The notes under the pieces: model-generated
What the model saw: only the letters and a program-made list of their open reading frames with translations
Told to the model about the DNA's origin: nothing
Database searches by the model: none
Source of the DNA: Tubiluchus corallicola
Lineage: Eukaryota > Animalia > Priapulida
Length of the DNA stretch: 64,000 nt
Direction of reading: 5' to 3'
Assembly (NCBI GenBank): GCA_030141605.1
Contig: JAQGDQ010002383.1
Span: 248,001-312,000, forward strand
Position numbers and translations under genes: made by a program
In this document: positions 12,601-64,000 of the stretch, in pieces
How positions within the stretch are numbered: the first letter of the stretch is position 1
Layout: the number at the start of each line of letters is the position of its first letter

Positions 12601-15600
12601 AAACAATCGGTACATCTTTGTACTGCATGCATATTAAATGAGCACATTCAATACTCAAAATAAATAACTTTGATTAATACTGTTTTTACCTTCAGCAAAT
12701 CAACAATGGATGACTTATCAAATGGCTGTGGTGGATTGGATGGAAGATCCATTAACAAATATCCATTCTCTTTCTTCTGCACAGTTAAAGGTCCACTCTT
12801 TGTTTCAAAAGTAAGTGAAGGGGATGTATTACCTATTTATAAAAAAATATTTAAAAACTGAACAATGTGATGTGCACCAGCTATATTCTTGAGGTGTTAC
12901 TTTTGAGATTTCAGTATAAATGGATATAAACATATTGTGTAATTATGAAGATGACGATGATGATGGTGATGATGATGAGATGATAACGATGATGGTGCCA
13001 ACAGTTAAAAGGGCAATCACTTAGACACTGATGTTACCTGTTTCTATCAAATAAGGTGGTACAACACAGCACATGTATCACAATCTACTGAAATATTGAT
13101 GAACTTACAGAAGCTGACATATATTTAGCATTACCAATTGAGAAATATAATACAGCAGCAGTAGCCAGAGTTGCATGGCCACAGAGAGGAACTTCATTAG
13201 TAGGAGTAAACCAGCGCAATCCAAAATGGCTGCCATGCTGAAAATCATTGCTTCCAGGTTGACTTAACAATTTTACAAATGCAGTTTCCGATATGTTCAT
13301 TTCGCTTGCAATACTTTGCATCACCTCTTCTGATAAGTCATCGTGAGCCTAGAAACGACATATACACAAATAAAAACAAACAAATAGCAAGGAATCTATT
13401 TATGATCTACTATCCGATAATTTTTTTATTGCCTTTGTTTCTTTTTTTATTGGGTAGCCAGACTATAACAATTTCAGTAGTAATTATAGGGTCAGGTAAA
13501 ATTTCTTGTTATTGTAAGAGTGCTTTGTCACTGCAATAATTACGTCCACTGTGTAAGACTGTAAGGTGTCCAAAGTTGATTTGAGGATTGGCTGTTTGGA
13601 AGGTCAGCACTCCGCTCAGTCCTTTTCACTATTAATAATTATTTCATGATTACTGATTAATGATACTGAATAAGAGGGTCGCACTCTAGTTAAAATTTTC
13701 AGATAATGCAAAGTTGTACAATCCAATTAACTCTGCAGCGGATTCCCTAATTTTACAGAATGACATTCAGTAATGGAGTAGGTTAAGTAATGACTGACAA
13801 TGTTATTTAATGTTGATAAACGTGAGGAAATGCATTGGGGTTTACAGAATCTTAAAAGAAATTACATCATGAATGGAAGCAGAATAACTCTTCATAGTAC
13901 AGATAGTAAAAGCAATATTGGTGCGATAATAACATTAAACTTGAAATTTTCCCAGCAATGTATTGTCGCTGTCAAAAAAGCAAATAAGAATTTGGGGACG
14001 TTTCTAGAAAGAAAGAAATTCTTTTGAAATCACACATTGCTTTGGTTAGGCTTCATTAAAATTAGAATGTTAATTTTTTTCCCTTTTGGTAAAAAATAAT
14101 AGTATAATATAACTGTAATGATTAAAATAAAATGTTAATATAACATTATAATTAATTATTGGTTGCTATGTATGGGTAAAGGGGTGACAAATGAACATAA
14201 GTTTATTAGACCACGGAAATGGAATAAATTTGATTGTTCCATTCTATAAACAAACCTTATATATAACCCCCGATAATATCTTTTAATCATAATTACATAT
14301 CAATATAATATTGATATTCTTAAATAGTGATATTTGTGCTATTTTTCTGGTTTTAATCATGATTAAAAGATATTAGAATAATAAAAGATTATAAAATACT
14401 GACCAAGAAAGAAAACATTTTGCATAAATGTAGATGACAATAAAACTTTTTAAAAAGCGGTAACATTTTGACATTTGTAAATTTTCATTTCTGTGATAGC
14501 AAAATAAATGGAATGGTAATTTGTCTACCATGGTGACTGCCACACCAAGCCTAGTAAAGTTTAAATTTTTAAATGAAGATTATTTTGTGGAAAAATACGG
14601 GGTTTCTAGAAGTGTGCCTGCTTAACTCCTAATCATTACAGCACAACATGCTGCAAAAGGGATGATAACATTAATAATAAAATTAACAGCACGATGAATG
14701 ACAAACTTCCTTACTTGCGAAGTCTAAGACCTAGCCATAACACAGTTATTGACGGTCGCTCCTCAACAATTTCCGAAATTGAGGTGTCAACTGTTTCATT
14801 ATTAAAGTAAATACCCAGACATTTTTTATCAATATGAAAATCAACAACTTAAGCAGAAAACGAAATATTGTAATCAAATTCCAGCATTTTTATCCATGGC
14901 AGTCAGGTGAATTAATTAATGAAACGTGTTAAATCTCATTTTAAACGTGTTGAACACTTGCGGTACAGTTTCTACACTCTCCATGCTTCACCTGCGTGTG
15001 GTGAATAACGTTGTGGCAGGATGAGGGCGGTCATCCGAAAAGTATTATTGTATGCCGGTACAGGTCTGCATTTACTGGCTGGCGAACTGCCGCGTGTTAA
15101 ACTGTTGAAAGTACAGCAGTTTATTTTCATGTTGTGTAACTTTTTCGTATGTTATACGTGTGCAAATACCCAGAATTTGTGTAGCAGAGGATGTAGTAAA
15201 GCAACAAGCGATGATGACAGTCTTTTTAAGTCTACTGCCATGACGTCATCAGTGCATAGCCGCCCGAGCGCTGAATTGCGTGTATAAAGCAATTGGCATA
15301 AGTAAAATCGAGCAATTATTTATCTAATTACTTAATTATTTTCGAAAAGCGATAAGAATATCATTTCAACACATCATCCTTAAACTTTTGCTAAAAATTG
15401 CTGATGAGGCTGGGCTTTTACTTTAAGTGAATTCCAAGGGCCCACAACACGAGAAGCGAAGAAATGGGCTCTCATGTTAGTGCGAGAGCATTGTACAAAT
15501 AATTTAGAATTGTCCATGTGAATCATGCAGTGGTCTAGAAAAAAATTTGTTGCTACACAAATTGGAACTATCACTAATGACTTTTTAACAGGTAATAAGA

Positions 15601-16346
15601 TCTATAGTATCACGGCGTTGTTCAAGCAAAGATACAAAGTCAGGTTGAATATCAGAGGCCAGAGTAATACACCTCCATTCAGTTCTTTCTAAAGCATTTT
15701 TAAAGGTGACATAAGGTGAGTGACATTGTCATACCATTGCTCAATTTCAGACAAGTCTGCTTGTAAGATCTCTTGATCAGAGGAATTTCTAATTGGACGG
15801 TAAGGCTTTATATCATCAAAAACAGCGGTATACGTGTGTCAGGGGATACACAATCAGTAACATCATTGACAAAAATAAGAAAACAATTGGGTCCTGACAA
15901 AGTCCCTTGAGGAATGCCACTGGTTATATTTCTCCAGAAAGTGGTTACACCATTTAAACCCATTCTTCGCTGTTTGTGTGTTAGAAAATATTGAAACCAT
16001 TGGAGTAGTTTCCCTCTTATACCTGCAAATTCCATTTTTAACACGAGACGACGAAGAGGAACAAAATCAAATGCTTTTCTAAAATCAATATATAGAATAT
16101 CAATTGATGGGAGAGAAGGTGCATCAAAGAATTGCGACCAGTCATTTAGGCATTCAAGACTTGTTACAGTGGAACGTTGTGGTAATCAGCCATGACAAAT
16201 CTATCCATGTTCAAAATAATGGGGGTAGCTGCAAAGGTGAGTGAGTTATTATTATTGACCTTGTTTTCCTTATTCAGGCAAACTGCTGCAGGATTTCCAG
16301 AAAATGGGTAACTTGTAAATGCATCGACGGTAAATAACGACAACAT
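8587..16346 (-). CDS. PBLD: Phenazine biosynthesis-like domain-containing protein (PhzF/PBLD family), 296 aa; complement(join(8587..8708,9906..10141,11606..11694,12690..12832,13135..13348,16260..16346))
   Basis: Motifs VDAFT..PFSGNPAAV, EMNISETAF, LRWFTPTNEVPLCGHATLA, DFFSRFFTPWNGIPEDPVTGSAH and ARQCSKRGG; six exons phase-consistent, 891 nt. Confidence 0.95.
9593..9630. repeat. (AT)n microsatellite
   Basis: Directly visible. Confidence 0.9.
9906..10141 (-). CDS. PBLD: PBLD exon 5
   Basis: EDPVTGSAH motif; phase 2 to phase 1. Confidence 0.95.
11606..11694 (-). CDS. PBLD: PBLD exon 4 (VCVGNLPVKDVQYSPTTKKLLIVL)
   Basis: Family-like sequence; ttgcag acceptor, gtactg donor. Confidence 0.92.
12690..12832 (-). 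CDS. PBLD: PBLD exon 3 (NTSPSLTFETKSGPLTV...LMDLP...)
   Basis: F.T.SG.L and MDLP motifs; AG/GT boundaries in phase. Confidence 0.92.
13135..13348 (-). CDS. PBLD: PBLD exon 2
   Basis: tttctag acceptor, gtaatg donor; SETAF and LCGHAT motifs. Confidence 0.95.
13590..14050 (+). mobile_element. Heavily decayed CR1-like LINE reverse-transcriptase fragment
   Basis: Remnant motifs GSALRSVLFTI, IND, DNAKL, LQND, MLFNVDK..MH.G and LKFSQQC...VKKANK.LG, with stops and frameshifts. Confidence 0.7.
15350..16200 (-). mobile_element. CR1/L2-clade LINE RT pseudogene fragment (5'-truncated)
   Basis: HG*LPQRSTVTSL, IDILYIDFRKAFDFVP, GIRGKLLQWFQYFL, SGIPQGTLSGPNCFLIFVND and FFASRVVGPWNSL. Confidence 0.92.
16260..16346 (-). 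CDS. PBLD: PBLD coding exon 1 (MLSLFTVDAFTSYPFSGNPAAVCLNKENK)
   Basis: PhzF N-terminal motif; weak donor GTCAAT, phase 0. Confidence 0.88.
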
Positions 16347-16827
16347 TCTCAACTTAATTAAGGAAAAGCTACGTGAAATAAACATTAGCACAAAAACAAC
16401 GTATGAAAGGCGCAGACATTTTGTAATTGGCTTCTTGTACAGTGCTGCCGCAAAGAAAAATGCGGAGAAAACCAAAAATGCGCAGTGCATCAACCAGGAG
16501 CGGGGAGAATGTAGATTAGCCGTGTTAGGTGTTAGTTTTATCGTTATTCGTGTTACAAGTTGGTCAGATTTTATCAATTCGATGACTTTAGGTAACTTAA
16601 ATTATCCTACTCGCTGTGATTTACTGCACCAAGTGTGATTCTAGAAAGCACTTGTAAAACAGTAAGTCGATTCTTTAAGTGACGCTGTTGTTATCTCAGT
16701 TGGACAGATGCGCCATTTTCATCTTCATTTTAGTGTAACTGATTACTGAACCGTGAAATTTTAGGGATTTGTATAATTGGCGGCATATGAAACCCAACCA
16801 TCGAGAAGGCAGGTGACTTTCACGAAC
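16347..16827. promoter_or_regulatory. Probable bidirectional promoter and 5' UTRs shared by PBLD and calcineurin A
   Basis: Only 481 bp between divergent start codons; locally richer in GC/CpG; YY1-like CGCCATTTT at 16711-16719. Confidence 0.65.
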
Positions 16828-60669
<43,842 letters not shown>

Positions 60670-63600
60670 GTGGGTATTTGTGTTTGCTGTGGCATTTACT
60701 TTTGCACATCTTACATTCTTTCATCTTGAAGCTATAAAAATAGTGCCAATGCTTTTCTATACTATTGTCAAAAAAGACTTTTAGCATTGCTTATTTTAAA
60801 AGACAAGTTTGGGCAAACTTTGCTGCCGTATTTGTGCTGACAATGAATTACTTATATTATATGCTTATTAAAGACTAATTAAACATTGCAAAAAATTTGG
60901 ACAAACCCTTGGCATAGTATACAATTATTGTCTGGTGCAGGAAATTATATGAATTAGATATTGTATTAATAATAATTTTTATAAAATTAAAATTTTAAGC
61001 CTGTTATATGAAGCCAAAGTGGAATACACTCGTATCTCGGTTTGCCGGAAGAACATCAATCAGAATTTGTCGATTGTCAGTATTTACCGATGCTAAAGTA
61101 ACATAGTAGATGCCGTGTATTAGACTCACGGTAAGGTAGAATCAATCGCCTAATTGTCTCAAAAACGTCTAGTACGAGCTGTTTCTATCCAAAGGTATAT
61201 AATGAATATTGGCAATTGACCTAAATAACTCTGCATAATTGATTCTATATTTACATACATATATATAGAGAGAGATATACACGTGGTTACACTAATGTAA
61301 TGATGTAAACAAAGTGATGTCCCACTAACTAGCAGTCAGCTCACGAAGCAACAGACTCTGTCCGTAGTATGCAGGACTTTTTCGCGGTCAAGATTTTGTC
61401 AGACTTTTCCGATATCTATAAAAGCGAGGTCAGACAAACCGAGATATGAGTACATATTGCAGTTTTACAAGTTTACCATTCACTCTTGGCCGATTAATTT
61501 TCTTTAAAAAAAGTGCAAAGCGAGAGTCAATAACATATTATGCTAGAGACTTTGTGAACATGTGATAGTAATTTTAATTTTTTTCTTTCATTTTTACCAT
61601 GGATTCAGACGGTAAGAAAATTACTTCACTTTTCACCTCTGTATGTATCAAGTTTGGCAGTGTATGGTGTGTGTTAAAAACTGTGCTGTTTTCCCCGTTC
61701 TGTACTTTGCATGTGTTGTGAGTGAACCTAATTCGGGACATTAATTTTTATGAGCATAAAAGTGACGTTATAGTTTTAGCAAATAACATCCAAAGTCAAG
61801 TGTCTCCGTAAGAAAAATGGCACCATTTTAATACAGTGCACTGTTCTCATATGTGTAAAATAAGAACTAATTACTCATTTGTATGATTGATATAGGTGCA
61901 ACTGTTTTTTAACTAACAGGTGTTTTAATGCGACACTTCAGCAACACTCCAAATTGCTTCATTTCCAGTTTGATAGTAACACCGTTTTTCTGTTTTTTTC
62001 TTGGAAACTATTCGGATAGCACTCAGTAAAATAATATTTTAGATTGATGTAGCATTTAAATATGTTGTTTCTTGAAAAAGCTGCAGATAATTTAAATATA
62101 GTTCGTTTTAATCTTGGATCGATCATAATCACGCAATTATGTGTGAATAAGAGAACATAAAAATACTCTTGTGATCAAGGTCTTGAGGTTTTAGTTGCCT
62201 AAACTTAAGTTTTGCTTCGCATGTTTTCTGGCTTATTTTCTTTTGAATTAGCGACATGTTTCTTCTGTTTTTCAAACGGCAGATGATGGTGAGACTTATT
62301 TGTTGTAAATTTGCACAGTGATGCACCCTTGTTTTCGATGGCATCTCAAACTGTGGGCAGCACGTCCACAAAGTTGTCGTCTTCCTCCTCTAAAGTGCAC
62401 AACCTTTGTGAAAATCTGTGTTGTAAACAATACTGCACAAACCTTCTGTCATAAAATGAATCATCAATGGTGCAGGGTATTTTCGAAATTTAGCAATAGG
62501 AAAATCGGTATCAAGTAACATTTTAACTTTAGAAAATACGGTTTGTTCTCATCATTTTAAGAGGAAAAACTATTTCCGATACCTGGTGGCTAGCTTTTGT
62601 AGCCTGGTGACACTTGAACACAATCAATCAACATTACTTAACTTGTTGAACAAGCTTATATTAGATTTGCTTACTCAGTGGGTTTTACTTGTTTCTTATT
62701 ATGATACTTGTAGTCATTGATTTCCCAGCTTTGTGACCCTTTATTTAACAGAAATTGAGAAAATTAGTAGGCCGGATTTGTTGTATTAGTCGGCTTCGAT
62801 GTTTTGCACAACTTTCTTTCTACACCCTTTGCACTTATGACATACATTTCAGCTTTACATTTAGCTACATAGTGAAAGAGCTGCTGCTTTTTACAGTAGC
62901 GCCAGCAGATTATTAGGTAATGCCTTTGTTCTAGTGATCTATTAGCAAGTCGTCTGTTGTAGCAGTCGGTGTTTGTGGGTTTTCTAGGAAATATGAACAA
63001 CAGATTTTATGATTTCATTCATATTATTTAGTCTTTACGCAAAAATGATTCTCATGATGTTATTGAAATGAAGGGTATGATAAACACAATCTTAGACCTG
63101 ACTCCGCTTGTGGCATTAGGAAGTCTGCTTCTGATTTGAGCGACACAAGTGGCCTTCCCTAAACACATAACCATTTTGTGAAGGTGTTGGTAACTTTTAC
63201 CTGGCAGGTGTTTCATGTGGAGGTGTTATGCTGTGCTGTTTTGACAGCTGCTGTTACGTTTTAACATAAAAAGTGGTTATTTATTTAAAGCATTTGTTAC
63301 AATTATGTGTTTTTTAATCACTTATTTGATAATGTGTACTGTTTAGTTGCTTGTTTGTATTATAGATTTTTTAATTTTTGAATTCATAATTTTCTTGTTG
63401 CGTAATATAGTATACATCCAATCTTAGAGTTGCATTTATAAATTGAAATGTAGCTATTTTATACGACTTGTTTATTCGATTTTTTACATTTACTAGAAAA
63501 GACTGTTGATATTGCAATTATAGTAATAACTATTCTGTAGTTTTTTTTTGCAAATATGAATGTATGTGTATAGCCATCGTTTTCAGTTTTTACGTTTATA

Positions 63601-64000
63601 AAAATTCTCCTTTGAGTTTTTTGGCATTCATTTTTTACCACAAATAATCTGGGAATTTAGTTTAGCGGCAGAGTGACTAATCGCATTTTCCATGTGAAAA
63701 ATACTGGAGTATATTGAATCTATTGTTCACATAACTGTTAACTAAATAGCATTGTAAAGCTTTTTCACTGTTGGATAAGTAAAACCTGCATCAGCTCAAA
63801 TATACAAAAACTGTCTAGTCACAAGGTACCTATATTTTCAACCTGCCAAGGAATTGTATTGACATTTTGACTTCTTAGATTGAGCTTTTTCATCTTTATT
63901 TTTATACATTTAGCCAAAAACTCAATGTTAATTAGTAGCTTCCTAATTAGATCTGGTAAAAACTTAAAATGATGGTGTACGTATGCGCTGTCAGTTATGC

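Noticed and set aside
8587-16346. Recent bacterial phenazine gene transfer
   Set aside because: Five spliceosomal introns, animal PBLD-type sequence, and no other phz genes in the window.
16347-16577. N-terminal extension of PBLD suggested by ORF 16164..16577
   Set aside because: Family homology starts at the Met at 16346 and the extension covers the presumed promoter; it cannot be excluded without TSS data.

Overview
AT-rich, intron-rich animal (invertebrate-type) genomic DNA, not prokaryotic. I assembled three spliced protein-coding genes by hand, with GT-AG boundaries and consistent phases. (1) On +, a 6-exon, 307-aa gene (612-5139) encodes a charged low-complexity N-terminus, one hydrophobic helix and a probable SRPBCC/START-like (polyketide cyclase/dehydrase-type) domain. 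(2) On -, a complete 6-exon, 296-aa PBLD/PhzF-family gene (16346-8587). (3) On +, calcineurin A catalytic subunit coding exons 1-10 (16828-60669), continuing beyond the window. The PBLD and calcineurin A start codons are head-to-head, 481 bp apart. Introns hold decayed CR1/L2 and RTE LINE pieces, hAT, Kolobok and mariner derivatives, Helitron/Helentron-like elements, a tRNA-derived SINE, a 53-bp tandem array and long microsatellites. The best leads are the uncharacterised membrane-anchored SRPBCC protein, the shared promoter and candidate alternative calcineurin exons (a 114-nt cassette, a 3-nt microexon and a duplicated exon-5 donor). I found no evidence of a wholly new multi-gene system.
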